Assembly: GCA_963814035.1 (NCBI GenBank) | Contig: CAWFBH010000005.1 | Location: 86,019-150,018, forward strand | DNA length: 64,000 bases | DNA from: an uncultured delta proteobacterium | GTDB lineage: Bacteria; Desulfobacterota; Binatia; Binatales; Binataceae | Reading direction: 5' to 3' | In this document: positions 8,808 through 19,155 of the stretch, piece by piece | How positions within the stretch are numbered: position 1 is the stretch's first letter | How the letters are laid out: each line of letters starts with the position of its first letter | The notes under the pieces: model-generated | The model's database searches: none | What the model was told of the DNA's origin: nothing | The model's input: the letters and a program-made list of their open reading frames with translations, nothing else | Translations under genes and position numbers: made by a program

Positions 8808-9551
8808 CTAGGAGTTGCCCTCGCGAGTGCCGCCCTCGACCGGAGGTTCGGGAGGATCTTCCGCATCGATCAGAGGCTCGCTTGGCGAAGGGTCCGATGG
8901 CGGAGGCTCTGACGCTTCGGACGGCTCTTCGGGAGCGGATTCGGCGCCTTCGGCCTCCAATGCCGCGGCGAGGTCGCGCATCTCGGTAACAGTCTCGACG
9001 CCCTGCGATTCCGCTTCTTCCTGCGCCTTCTGAATCTCCTGGAACTCTTTGAGGTCGGGCAGGCTATCTAGATCCTTGAGCCCGAAGACTTCGAGAAATT
9101 CGGAGGTGGTTTCATAGAGCATCGGGCGGCCCGGCGCGTCCTTGCGGCCACCGATCTTCACCAGGCGCCGCTCCAGCAGGGTTTCCAATACGCCGCCACA
9201 ATCGACCCCGCGCACCTGTTCGATTTCCGGGCGTGTGACCGGCTGGCGATATGCGACGATGGCGAGCGTCTCGAGGAGCGAGCGGCTGAGCCGCGGAGGC
9301 TTGCCGGCGAGCAGCTTGCGAATCTGCGGCGCGAATTCCTTGCGCGTGCGAAGCTGATAGCCGCCCGCCACTTCCTCGACGGTCAGGCCGCGCCCCCCTT
9401 GAGCGTACTGCGAGCCCAACGCGATGAGCGCATTGCGGATCTCCTCCTTGGGCACGCTGTCGAGCACGGCAGCGAGCCGGTTCAACGAGACCGGTTCGCC
9501 CGCCGCGAAAAGAAGGCTTTCGAGAATTGCCTTGAGTCGTTCTTCGTCCAC
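8808..9551 (-). CDS. scpB: segregation and condensation protein B (ScpB)
   Basis: 247 aa. LESLLFAAGEPVS and PVTRPEIEQVRGVD winged-helix repeats, acidic/proline-rich tail, sits downstream of scpA. Confidence 0.9.
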   Translation of the reverse strand: MDEERLKAILESLLFAAGEPVSLNRLAAVLDSVPKEEIRNALIALGSQYAQGGRGLTVEEVAGGYQLRTRKEFAPQIRKLLAGKPPRLSRSLLETLAIVAYRQPVTRPEIEQVRGVDCGGVLETLLERRLVKIGGRKDAPGRPMLYETTSEFLEVFGLKDLDSLPDLKEFQEIQKAQEEAESQGVETVTEMRDLAAALEAEGAESAPEEPSEASEPPPSDPSPSEPLIDAEDPPEPPVEGGTREGNS

Positions 9552-9599
9552 CTAACCCCCGGCCCCTTCTTTTTAGGGAAGGGGAGAAGAAAAGAAAAT
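9552..9599 (-). repeat. hairpin repeat family, copy B (single half-element, reverse orientation) filling the scpA-scpB spacer
   Basis: CCTAACCCCCGGCCCCTTC-TTTTTAG-GGAAGGGGAGAAGAAAAG. Its reverse complement aligns with the unit at 29371..29419. Confidence 0.7.
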
Positions 9600-10382
9600 C
9601 TAGATTGGAAGCTCGCCGACTTCCTCGGGACCGCGCTCCAGAAAAATCGGGCCATAGCGCACTTCCTGAAATGCCCGAACCGCGCGCCGCCGCACCAGCT
9701 CCAGCAGCGCGATGAAAGTCGCGACCACCAGCGAGCGATCGTCCATGTCGTCGAAGAGCGAAATAAATTCGACGCGCGTGCGTGCGGCTATCGCTTCCAT
9801 GATGCGTGGAATGCAATGGGCGACCGGAATATCGCGCAATTGGATGTCGCGCGGCGCCTTGTCCGCCAGCCGCTTGAGCACCGCGCCCATCGCCTCGATG
9901 AGGTCGAAGAGCGATACCGTGAATTGCGGCGGTGCGCTGCCGTCATCGGGCGCTACGGGCTCGCCCGGCGCCACGAAGACGTCGCGCCCGACGATGTTGC
10001 GCTCGCCCAGTTTATCGGCAGCCTCGCGATAGCGTTGATATTCGAGCAGCCGCTCCACCAAATCGCGCCGCAGATCTTCGACCTCTGCCTGGTCGCCGCC
10101 ATTCGCATGCGGCAGGAGCGCGAATGATTTGATGAGGAGCAGCGTCGCCGCCATAACCAGGTACTCGCCAGCGATGTCGAGGTTGAGCTGGCCGAGCATT
10201 TCGACATAGCCGAGATACTGCTCGGTGATCTGGCTCGTCGTTACGTCCTGCGGGTCGAGCTCGGCCTTTTTGATGAGATGGAGCAGGAGGTCGAGCGGGC
10301 CTTCATAGATCGGCAGGCGGAAGCGCGCGTTGCCGTCGCTCGGAATTTTCATCGCGCCTGGGATGATTGCGCCGTCACTCAC
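9600..10382 (-). CDS. scpA: segregation and condensation protein A (ScpA)
   Basis: 260 aa. Kleisin signature FEGPLDLLLHLIKK-like (YEGPLDLLLHLIKKAELDP), adjacent to scpB. Confidence 0.9.
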   Translation of the reverse strand: MSDGAIIPGAMKIPSDGNARFRLPIYEGPLDLLLHLIKKAELDPQDVTTSQITEQYLGYVEMLGQLNLDIAGEYLVMAATLLLIKSFALLPHANGGDQAEVEDLRRDLVERLLEYQRYREAADKLGERNIVGRDVFVAPGEPVAPDDGSAPPQFTVSLFDLIEAMGAVLKRLADKAPRDIQLRDIPVAHCIPRIMEAIAARTRVEFISLFDDMDDRSLVVATFIALLELVRRRAVRAFQEVRYGPIFLERGPEEVGELPI

Positions 10383-11056
10383 AGCATCCTCGCGATTCCC
10401 AAAATCAACATCACCAAGCCGTTTTCCACCGCGCCTATGATTTGCCCGAGCGCCAGATTGAATCCTCGAAAATAGAGCAGCGCAAACAATAGCAAAAATC
10501 CGACGCCTTCGAACCTGGCCAGCACGCGCGCCGCACTATAAGGCAGGAATCCAACCAGCACGCGGCCCCCGTCGAGCGGCAATATCGGAATCAGATTGAA
10601 GATTCCCAGCCCTACATTCACTGATAAGGATATTTGGAGCATCCGATACAGTGGCACCCAGAGGGAGGGCGCCCATGGTCCTTCAAGGTAGGGCCGCAGT
10701 ATCAGCAAAATGATGATGCTGATCGCCGCAAGCACCAGGTTGGTTAAGGGACCGGCCGCCGCGACGATCATCATGCCTGAGCGCGGATTGTGCAGGTTCC
10801 GGTAGTCGACCGGGACCGGCTTCGCATAGCCAAACACCGGCGCACCCGCGAGCAACAGGATGGCGGGCAAGATGATAGTGCCGAACGGATCGACGTGCGC
10901 GATCGGATTAAGTGTGAGGCGTCCCGCGCGCGACGCGGTATCGTCACCAAGAATCTTCGCGACGACGCCATGCATTACCTCATGGAGGATGATCGCGAAC
11001 ATCACCGGCAGTGCGGCGATCGAAATCTCGGCAATGTATTGAGGAAGATTATTCAA
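10379..11056 (-). CDS. site-2 protease (M50) family membrane metalloprotease
   Basis: 225 aa, multi-TM. HEVMHG zinc motif and downstream LPLDGG. Confidence 0.85.
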   Translation of the reverse strand: MNNLPQYIAEISIAALPVMFAIILHEVMHGVVAKILGDDTASRAGRLTLNPIAHVDPFGTIILPAILLLAGAPVFGYAKPVPVDYRNLHNPRSGMMIVAAAGPLTNLVLAAISIIILLILRPYLEGPWAPSLWVPLYRMLQISLSVNVGLGIFNLIPILPLDGGRVLVGFLPYSAARVLARFEGVGFLLLFALLYFRGFNLALGQIIGAVENGLVMLILGIARML

Positions 11057-11069
11057 GCGAGGATGGTTC

Positions 11070-12014
11070 TCACGTGCTTTGCTCGCGGCTGGCGCGCGGA
11101 TGGAAGGTGCGATGGACCTTGCGCAGATGGCTCTTCGACAGATGCGTGTAGATCTGCGTCGTCGAGATATCGCTGTGCCCGAGCATCTCCTGCACCGCGC
11201 GCAAATCGGCGCCGCCCTCCAGCAGATGCGTCGCGAAGCAATGCCGCAGCGTATGCGGACTCACCCACGATAGTCGCGGGTCGAGCGCGGCCCATGCTTT
11301 GAGGTTTTTGAAAAATCCCTGCCGCGTCATCGGCTTATGCAGCCGGGTGAGAAAAACATACGGCGACGGCTTCGACGGCGGCTTAACCTTGCGCGTCCCA
11401 TTCTCCGATTCGTCGATGCGGTCGCGCTGCCCGAGATATTCCTTGAGCGCGCGCGCCGCCGCGCCGCCAACCGGCACCATCCGCTCTTTGCTGCCCTTGC
11501 CGAAGACCACCACCACGCCGGCTTTGAGGTTCACCTGATGCAGCTTCAGTGACACCAGCTCCGACACGCGCAAGCCGCATCCGTATGCGATTTCGAGCAT
11601 CGCGCGGTCGCGCAGTCCGCGCACTGTTGAAGTATCGATGGCCTCGATCAGCATCGCGAGATTTTTGCGGCCGAGCGTGCGGGGCAAGGCGCGCGAATGA
11701 GCGCGCAGCTTCACCGCGGGCGCCGGATCCTGCTCGATGATGTGCTGGTCAACCAGTTCGCGAATCAGGCCACGCAGGCTGGAAAGCTTGCGACGCTGGC
11801 TCGAAATGGCCATCGTGCCGAGGCTTTCGAGATAGGCGGTCATCGCGCGTGCATCGAAGTCAGCGGGCGCGAGTTTTTGCTCCTCGCAGAAATCCAGGAA
11901 GTCGCGCAGGTCCAGCGCATACGCCTCGATGGTATGCGCACTGAGCCCGCGCTCGACCGCTTGACGGTCGAGGAAGCGATTCACCAGTTCATGCCACGCC
12001 GCCGCGCCCATCAT
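11070..12014 (-). CDS. xerD: site-specific tyrosine recombinase XerD/XerC type
   Basis: 314 aa. SAM-like N-terminal domain, catalytic region GLRVSELV...HTLRHCFATHLLEGGADLRAVQEMLGHSDISTTQIYTH. Confidence 0.85.
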   Translation of the reverse strand: MMGAAAWHELVNRFLDRQAVERGLSAHTIEAYALDLRDFLDFCEEQKLAPADFDARAMTAYLESLGTMAISSQRRKLSSLRGLIRELVDQHIIEQDPAPAVKLRAHSRALPRTLGRKNLAMLIEAIDTSTVRGLRDRAMLEIAYGCGLRVSELVSLKLHQVNLKAGVVVVFGKGSKERMVPVGGAAARALKEYLGQRDRIDESENGTRKVKPPSKPSPYVFLTRLHKPMTRQGFFKNLKAWAALDPRLSWVSPHTLRHCFATHLLEGGADLRAVQEMLGHSDISTTQIYTHLSKSHLRKVHRTFHPRASREQST

Positions 12015-12017
12015 TAT

Positions 12018-14779
12018 TCAGGGCTGCGCGGCGACGACAGTCTCGGGTGGCGGCCGGTCTTCCAGTCGCTCGACGAGCTTTTCGCGAAGCTCGCGCTGCA
12101 ACGCGATGTCGGTGATTTTGTTGCCTTCGCGATCGCTGATGTAGAACACGTCGAGCGCCTGGTCGGCATTGGTGGTGATACGCGCGAGATGAATCCGCAT
12201 ATCCAGCTTGAATAGTGTGTAGCGTGATCGCGAACAGCAAACCGACGCGATCCTGCGTGAACACATCGATGACCGTGTACTCCTCCGAGGTGCGATTATC
12301 GATGGTCACCTCGGTGGCGACGCGGCGCAGGAATTTCTTGTCCGCGTACCTGACGTGATGCGCCGAGGCCACCAGCTCCGCGATGTCCTGCTCGCCGGTC
12401 AGCACGCGTTCAAGGTCGCGCTCGACCAGCAGCCAGCGATCTTCCTCCAGCGCAACCGCCCCGGTCGGCCCCGAATGCGAAACACGGAAAACATCGAGCG
12501 CGATGCCGGTGTTGCGGGTGGTGATGCGCGCGGAAAGGATGTTGAGATTGTTCGCCGTCAGCGCGCCCGCGATCATCGAGAACAACCCGGGACGATCGTG
12601 CGTTACCACGATGAATTCGCTGAATTCGAGGTCGGTAAAATGCCGATGGCGGGTGACCAACGGAAGCTCGCCGAGCGCGCGCATCAGCTCGAAATGCAGC
12701 GGGACATCACCGTCAGGCAAGGTTAGGAAATAGCGATCGGGCATCTCGTCGAGGAATTTCTGGAGCTCGTCCGCGGGCGCTTTGGCCTTTGCGAGTTCCT
12801 TTCGGATGTCTTCCTTAACCGCCGCCAGTCGGCGCGCGGGATCGACCGCCTCGCGATGGCCATGTTCAAGAATCTTCAGCGCGCGCATGTACAGTTCCGA
12901 GAGCAACATGTCGCGCCAGTTGTTGTAGACGTTGGGGGCGACCGCGCGCATATCGGCGAAGGTCAGCAGGTAGAGCGCCTTGAGGCGATCGATGGAGCCG
13001 ACCTCGCGCACGAATTCGCCGACTGTGGTTTCGTCGTCGATGTCGCCTTTCTGCGCGACCTGCGACATCGCCAGGTGCTCGCGCACCAGGATCACCACCA
13101 GATCGATTTCCTCGTTGTTGAGGCCGAGCCGGCGGCATACTTCGGCGGTCAGCAGCGCACCGCGTTCATGATGGTCATGGCCGTGGCCCTTGCCGATGTC
13201 ATGCAGCAGCAGCGCAAGGAACACCAGCGGTAGCGAATCGAGATCGCGAGCCACTTCGGTCAGCAGCGGATTGACTTTCTTGTATTCGCCCGCACGGAGC
13301 TTCTCGAGCTCGCGCACCGCGACCAGCGAATGACGATCGACGGTATAGATGTGGTAGAGGTCGTGGAGCACGCGCGCGTAGAGATTTCCGAATTCGGGAA
13401 TTATCGCGCCGAGCACGCCCGACCGATGCATCGCTTCCAGCGTCTCAGCGACGCGCGCGCGATTGCCGGAAAGAATCGTCATCAGCGTCTGACCGACCCG
13501 CGGGTCATTGCGCATCGTGTCGTTGTCGATCAGCGGAAGATTGTCGCGCACGGCCTGATACGCCGCGCCGGAAAGGCCGACGCCATGCGCCTGGCAATCC
13601 GCATAAATCGTCATCAGATTGAGCGGATCGCGCTTGAACAAATCCGGATCGGAAATCGCGAGCAGGTTCTGCTGAATGATGACGCCGGGGCGAATCTGCC
13701 GCGTCAGGAGGCGTCGCCCGAAACGGCCGTTGCCGCCTTCGACCACGCGCGCAATCAGCCCTTCGGAAAACCGCAGGATGGTGCTCGCGTGCTGATAGTA
13801 CGTGCGCATCAGGATCGCGCTGGCGGAAAGCGAACCTTCCGGCTTGAAGCCGAGCATCGGTGCGATGCGCTCCTGGTACTCGAAGGTGAGCTGATCAAAA
13901 TGGCGCTTGCTGAGGAAATGGAGCGAATTGCGCACCCGGAAAAGAAAGTCGCGCGCCTCCAGGACCTCATTCAGTTCCGGCGCGGTGATAATCGCGCGCT
14001 GGACCAGTTCCTCGACCGAATGGATTTTGTATTTGACCTTCGCCAGCCACAGCGCGGTGTGCAGATCGCGCAGTCCGCCTTCGCCTTCCTTCAGTTGCGG
14101 CTCCAGCAGATAAATCGAATCGCCATACTTGGCGTGGCGCTCGCGAGTTTCTTCGAGCTTGATCTGGAAAAACTTATGCTGATTGCGATTGAGAACATCG
14201 GCCACCAGCAGCGCCTGCAACTCCTCGAAGATCGCGCCGTCGCCGGCAAGGAATCGCGCATCGAGGATCGCGGTCTTCTCCTTCAGGTCGGTCGCCCGCC
14301 ATCCGGACGCATTCGCGCGCGTTGCGGATTCCATGCCCCACGATCAGGCCCGCATCCCATAGCGCATGCAGCATGATCTCGGTCACGATTTCCGCGTAGG
14401 GTCCGCGCTTGTAATCGTGGATGAAGAGCAAATCGATGTCGGAGTAGGGGTTCAACTCGGCGCGGCCATAACCACCCCGCGCCACGACGCAAAGCTTCTG
14501 ATGCAGCTTGGCGTAATGGCGGGTGTGCTCGGCGTCGGCGTAGCGGAACAGCGCACGCATCATGTCGTCGATGGCGGCGGTGTATTCGCGCACCACTTCG
14601 GTGCCCGACGCGCCGGCGAAGTGATGCTCCGCGACTTCCTCGCGAATCACTTCGAGATAGACGCGCGCGATCTTTCCGGGCGCGCGGGTAGCTTCGAACT
14701 CCAGGTAGAGTGCTTCCTCGCCGCGAGGAATGGTGTCACGGGCGGCGTGGGTCGGCGGGGTCGGGACGGCAGCGCTCAC
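12018..14779 (-). pseudogene. glnD: [protein-PII] uridylyltransferase/uridylyl-removing enzyme GlnD; reading frame broken twice (about 14295 and about 12226)
   Basis: Three colinear ORF pieces: the NTase domain (GGYGRAELNPYSDIDLLFIH) in 14174..14779, the HD domain (LLLHDIGKGHGHDHHERG) plus first ACT in 11989..14334, and the last ACT (RIHLARITTNADQALDVFYI) in 12018..12266. Both junctions are phase-consistent with a +1 base. The 14295 junction lies in a GGG run. Confidence 0.9.
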
Positions 14780-15988
14780 AGATTTCCCGCTGCCGCGTCA
14801 GAGCTCAAATAGTGAACGACCGCGGTCGCGATTCCTTGCGCGAGGATGCGTTGATACTGCGGCGACGAGAGCCGCTGCGCTTCGGAGGCGTTGGACAGGA
14901 AGCCGCATTCGACCAGCACCGCCGGCATATGCGCACCGACCAGCACGTAAAATGGTCCCATCTTCGCTCCCAGCGGATTAACTTCCAGCCCCAATTGTGT
15001 GTCCAAGTCGGTTACAGTTTGCGTGTCGATCATCCGCGCCAGCGAGGCGGCTTCATTCGCCTTATAGTTCTGGCGGAGATCGGCAAGGATGTAGTTTAAG
15101 TTGCCATCCCGCGGCGCGCTAGCTCCCGTGATGCCCGCATTCTCCATCCTCGCGAGCCGAATCGTCGCGCGATCGGTCGTGTTGTTGAGGTAGTACACCT
15201 CGATGCCGGTGGTTTCAGGGTTGGGACTCGAATTGAGATGGATGGACACGAACAGATCCGCATTCGCGAGATTCGCGCGTCGCGTCCGCTCCGGCAGCGA
15301 AATGAAGTCATCGCTATCGCGCGTCAGTTGCGTGCGCACGCCGCGTACCTTCAGCGCATCGGCGAGCCTGGCGCGAGATTTCCAGAGCGACATCTTTTTC
15401 GAGGATGCCGCTGTCCGACTGAGTCCCGGGATCATAGCCGCCATGTCCGGGATCGATCATCACGAGCTGATTGCCAGGCGGCAGCAGGGTGACCGAATTC
15501 GCAACCTCGGGCGCCGGGGCATGAATCACGACCGGCTGCACTGCCGTGGTAGTTACGCTGGAGTAGGTAGTCGTCCGGTGATGCTGCGGACGGAGCGGGG
15601 CGCTCAGGTTCGCGACCTGTCCGGAGGGCGCGAGGCGAAGGAGGATCTCGTCCTGCCGCTGCACGATTGCATAGTCACACTTGCCGATGACCTCGACCAT
15701 GATGCGCGTATGCGTCCCGTCGGGGCTGAAGACTCTCACCACACCGATCGGCGCGACCTCGCGGCCGAGCAGCGGGCGTGGCGGAATTTGCAGCGCGGTG
15801 CGATCGAGATCGATCCATAAATCGTTGCCATGCGCGCTCAGATGCATCTTCGGAGCGGGATGGTCGAGGGTCAGAGTCAGTTCGGTGACGAGGCCCGCGC
15901 GATTGAGGCTCACGGAAGTTATCGCCGCATCGGCATAGGAGGCGAGGAGCAGCAGCGCCGCGACGATAGCTGGCAAGCGCCTCATCAT
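14776..15988 (-). pseudogene. N-acetylmuramoyl-L-alanine amidase (AmiC-like, N-terminal AMIN domain); one frame break near 15370
   Basis: ORF 15314..15988 carries the signal peptide, AMIN domain and IDPGHGGYDPG. ORF 14776..15444 carries LTRDSDDFISLPERTRRANLANADLFVSIHLNS. Deleting one C in CGCC restores EISRRLADALK. Confidence 0.85.
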
Positions 15989-16008
15989 GATCGATACGCG
16001 CGCGGGCG

Positions 16009-18588
16009 CTATTCGTTACCGCCGCTCAGGCGCGATTTCAGTTTCGCCAGCATCGTGAGCGCGTCAACCGGCGCGAGTCGATCGATATCGATGGTACGCA
16101 ACTCCTCCAGTGCGCGGCTTTCGATAGGTGTGAAGAGTCCGAGCTGTGCGCCGCGGTTGGAGCGATCGGCCTTGCGCGCGAGGCGCGCCTTGCCGGCATC
16201 ATCGAGTTCGCCTTGTTCGAGGTTCGACAGTATCTGCCGTGCCCGCGTGATGATGCCGGCGGGCAAACCCGCCAGCTTCGCGACCTCGATACCGTAGCTG
16301 CGCGAGGCCGGCTGTTCGACCACGCGCCTCAGGAAGAGAACTTCCCCGCCCCATTCCCGCACCGCCATGGAAAGATTTTTTACCCTAAGCTTCTCGCGCG
16401 CAAGGTCGGTCAGCTCATGAAAATGAGTCGCGAAGAGCACCTTCGCGCGGGTCGAGTCGTGCAGATGCTCGGCGACCGCCCATGCGATCGCGAGCCCGTC
16501 GAAGGTGCTGGTGCCGCGCCCGACCTCATCGAGGAGGAGGAGGCTGCGCTCGGTGAGGCCTTCGAGCAGCCGTGCCGTCTCGCGCATTTCCACCATGAAG
16601 GTGGATTCCCCGCGCCGCAGCTCGTCGCGCGCACCGATCCTGGTCAGCACGCGATCCGTGAGTCCCAACTTCGCTTCCGTCGCGGGAACGAAGCTGCCCA
16701 TCTGCGCCATGATAGCGATCAGCGCGACCTGGCGCAGGTACGTGGACTTGCCCGCCATGTTGGGGCCGGTGATGAGCAGCAGTTGACGCGCATCGGGATC
16801 GACGTCGAGGTCATTGGGCACGAACTCGCCTGACTTCATCCCGGTTTCCAGCACCGGATGACGTCCGTCGCGAATCGCGAGGCGCAAGTCGGTGCTCATC
16901 TGCGGGCGGATGTAACCGCGACGGCGCGCGGCCTTGGCTAGCGACATGATGGCATCGAACTCACCGACTGCGCGCGCCGTTTCCAGTATCGATGCGCTAT
17001 GGGCCTGCAGGTCGGCCTGCAGCTTCGCGAAAATCTGCAGCTCAAGTTCCTTCAGTCCCGACTCGGCCGAAAGAATTTTGCGCTCGAGTTCCTTCAGACC
17101 GGGAGTCGTGAAGCGCTCGGCGCTGACCAGCGTCTGTTTGCGCTCATAGTCGGCCGGGACGCGATCGAGATGCGCCTTGGTAATCTCAATGTAGTATCCG
17201 AATACCTGATTGTAGCGGACCTTCAGCGAGGGAATTTTGCTGCGCTCACGTTCGGTCGCTTCGAGCTGCGCCATCACGCCGCGCGCGCCCGATGCGAGCG
17301 AGCGAAGCTCATCGACTTCGGGATTCAGTCCCGCCCTGATGAGGTTGCCGTCGCGAGGATTGACCGGCGCGTCTTCGGACAGGGTTTCCAGGATGCGCGC
17401 AGTCAGTTCGGGCTCGGGTCGCATGCGTTGCGCGATCGCGTGGATGAGCGCGCTCTTGCGTTCTTCGAGGGCTCCCTTCAACTCGCCGACGGCCGCGATC
17501 GCATCCGCGAGCCGCAGGCAATCGCGCGGTGATGCGCGCAGGCTTCCAATCCGTCCCGCAAGGCGCTCCAGGTCGCCGATGCGCTTGAGTTCATCGGCGC
17601 CGCGCCCGCCGAGGTCGCCCTCGAACAGCTCCTCGACCGCATCGTGCCGATCGCGAATCATCTCGAGGCTGAGCAGCGGATAGATGATCCAGTTGCATAG
17701 CGTGCGCGCGCCGACCGCGGTCAGCGTCTCATCGAGGACTGAAAGCAGCGAGCCGCGCCGGGCGCCATCGGAAGAGGAAATCAGTTCGAGGTGCCGGCGC
17801 GTGACCTCATCGACCATCATGTATTCGGTGGCTCGATAGGCGCGCGGCGAAGCGACATGCGCGAGGTCGCGGCCGAAGGTTTCTTCGACATAGGCGAGCG
17901 CCGCTCCGGCGGCGATTCCTACTCCAGTATCGAGCTCGCCGAGGTCCGCATCGGCGAAGCGCCGCGTCAGAGTTTCATGCGTGACGGCATTGTCGAATGC
18001 GGCGGGATCGAGTTCCGTCAGCGAGCATTCGAGGTCGGCGACGAGGGCGCGAAGTTTTTCGTCGCCGCGCGCCGCGATGATCTCGCGCGGAGCGAGGCGC
18101 GCGATCTCCTCGTGCAGGCTGGCGGCGCTGAGCGTCTCGGTGACGAGGAACTCGCCGGTCGTGACATCGATAGCGGCGAGCGCGAAGCTGTTTTCGCCGC
18201 GTGCGACCGCCACCAGGAAGCTTTTTTCCGCCGCCGTCAGCACCATCTCCTCGCCGACGGTGCCGGGCGTGATGACGCGCACGATCTGGCGCGGCACCAG
18301 CCCTTTCGCATTCGGCTCGACCTGCGCTTGCTCGCAGATGGCGACCTTGTATCCGGCCTTGACCAGCTTCGCGAGGTAGGGCTGCACCGAATGATAGGGG
18401 ACACCGCATAGGGGCACGCCGTCTTTTGATCGCGAGGTTAGCTGGATATCGAGAACGCGCGCGCCAATTTCGGCATCCTCGAAAAACATCTCGTAGAAGT
18501 CGCCGAGCCGGAAAAACAGGATCGCGTCGGGGACCTTCTGTTTGACGCTCAGATATTGCGCGACGAGAGGTGTGTGTTTAACCGCCAC
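16009..18588 (-). CDS. mutS: DNA mismatch repair protein MutS
   Basis: 859 aa. N-terminal TPLVAQYLSVK...FFRLGDFYEMF, Walker A TGPNMAGKST, and DEVGRGTSTFDG. Confidence 0.95.
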   Translation of the reverse strand: MAVKHTPLVAQYLSVKQKVPDAILFFRLGDFYEMFFEDAEIGARVLDIQLTSRSKDGVPLCGVPYHSVQPYLAKLVKAGYKVAICEQAQVEPNAKGLVPRQIVRVITPGTVGEEMVLTAAEKSFLVAVARGENSFALAAIDVTTGEFLVTETLSAASLHEEIARLAPREIIAARGDEKLRALVADLECSLTELDPAAFDNAVTHETLTRRFADADLGELDTGVGIAAGAALAYVEETFGRDLAHVASPRAYRATEYMMVDEVTRRHLELISSSDGARRGSLLSVLDETLTAVGARTLCNWIIYPLLSLEMIRDRHDAVEELFEGDLGGRGADELKRIGDLERLAGRIGSLRASPRDCLRLADAIAAVGELKGALEERKSALIHAIAQRMRPEPELTARILETLSEDAPVNPRDGNLIRAGLNPEVDELRSLASGARGVMAQLEATERERSKIPSLKVRYNQVFGYYIEITKAHLDRVPADYERKQTLVSAERFTTPGLKELERKILSAESGLKELELQIFAKLQADLQAHSASILETARAVGEFDAIMSLAKAARRRGYIRPQMSTDLRLAIRDGRHPVLETGMKSGEFVPNDLDVDPDARQLLLITGPNMAGKSTYLRQVALIAIMAQMGSFVPATEAKLGLTDRVLTRIGARDELRRGESTFMVEMRETARLLEGLTERSLLLLDEVGRGTSTFDGLAIAWAVAEHLHDSTRAKVLFATHFHELTDLAREKLRVKNLSMAVREWGGEVLFLRRVVEQPASRSYGIEVAKLAGLPAGIITRARQILSNLEQGELDDAGKARLARKADRSNRGAQLGLFTPIESRALEELRTIDIDRLAPVDALTMLAKLKSRLSGGNE

Positions 18589-18750
18589 TTGCGCGGCTCA
18601 GGATATCCGCCATCGATCGTCATCGCAAAACGCCCTCCAGGATCTGGCACGCCGTCGGAGCCGGCTTTGAACAGGCTGGCCGAACACTTGTACGCCTGGG
18701 CCATCAGTAGTGTAATCTGCGCGATCAAATTCGCTGCGAGGGGAAACATC

Positions 18751-19131
18751 ATGCCGGTTGTCGATAACAGCAAAAAGCAGGAACACGCGCTGCCCGGCCT
18801 CCGTCATCGGACCGTCGGTGGCAAGGACGAAGGCGTGAAGTCGATGGAAGTATGGCAGCAGACTATCGCGCCCGGCGCCGCGACCCCGGTGCATCGCCAC
18901 GCGTGCGAGGAAGTCATCGTGATCCTCAGCGGCTCGGGCACGCTGATGGTGGAGGGCGAGACTACCTCATTCGGTCCCAACAGCACGCTCATCCTGCCCT
19001 ATGACGCGGTGCATCAGATCACCAACACCAGCGCCGAGGAGATGCACATCGTGGCGACGCTTTCGATGTCGCCGGTGCGAGTGCGCACCGGTGAGGGCGC
19101 GCCGATGCCACTGCCGTGGGACGCAGCCTAG
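18751..19131 (+). CDS. cupin domain protein
   Basis: 126 aa from the ATG at 18751 (GAGGGG upstream). Cupin motifs PVHRHACEEVIVILSG and HQITN. Confidence 0.7.
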   Translation: MPVVDNSKKQEHALPGLRHRTVGGKDEGVKSMEVWQQTIAPGAATPVHRHACEEVIVILSGSGTLMVEGETTSFGPNSTLILPYDAVHQITNTSAEEMHIVATLSMSPVRVRTGEGAPMPLPWDAA

Positions 19132-19155
19132 AGCCAACCGCGACCTATCAATAGG

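Noticed and set aside
13330-14376. 348-aa ORF antisense to glnD. Similar long shadow ORFs occur at 7211..7909 (antisense dnaB), 48751..49671 and 50059..50943 (antisense A2M), and 737..1225.
   Set aside because: All lie opposite well-supported genes and have biased, domain-less translations.
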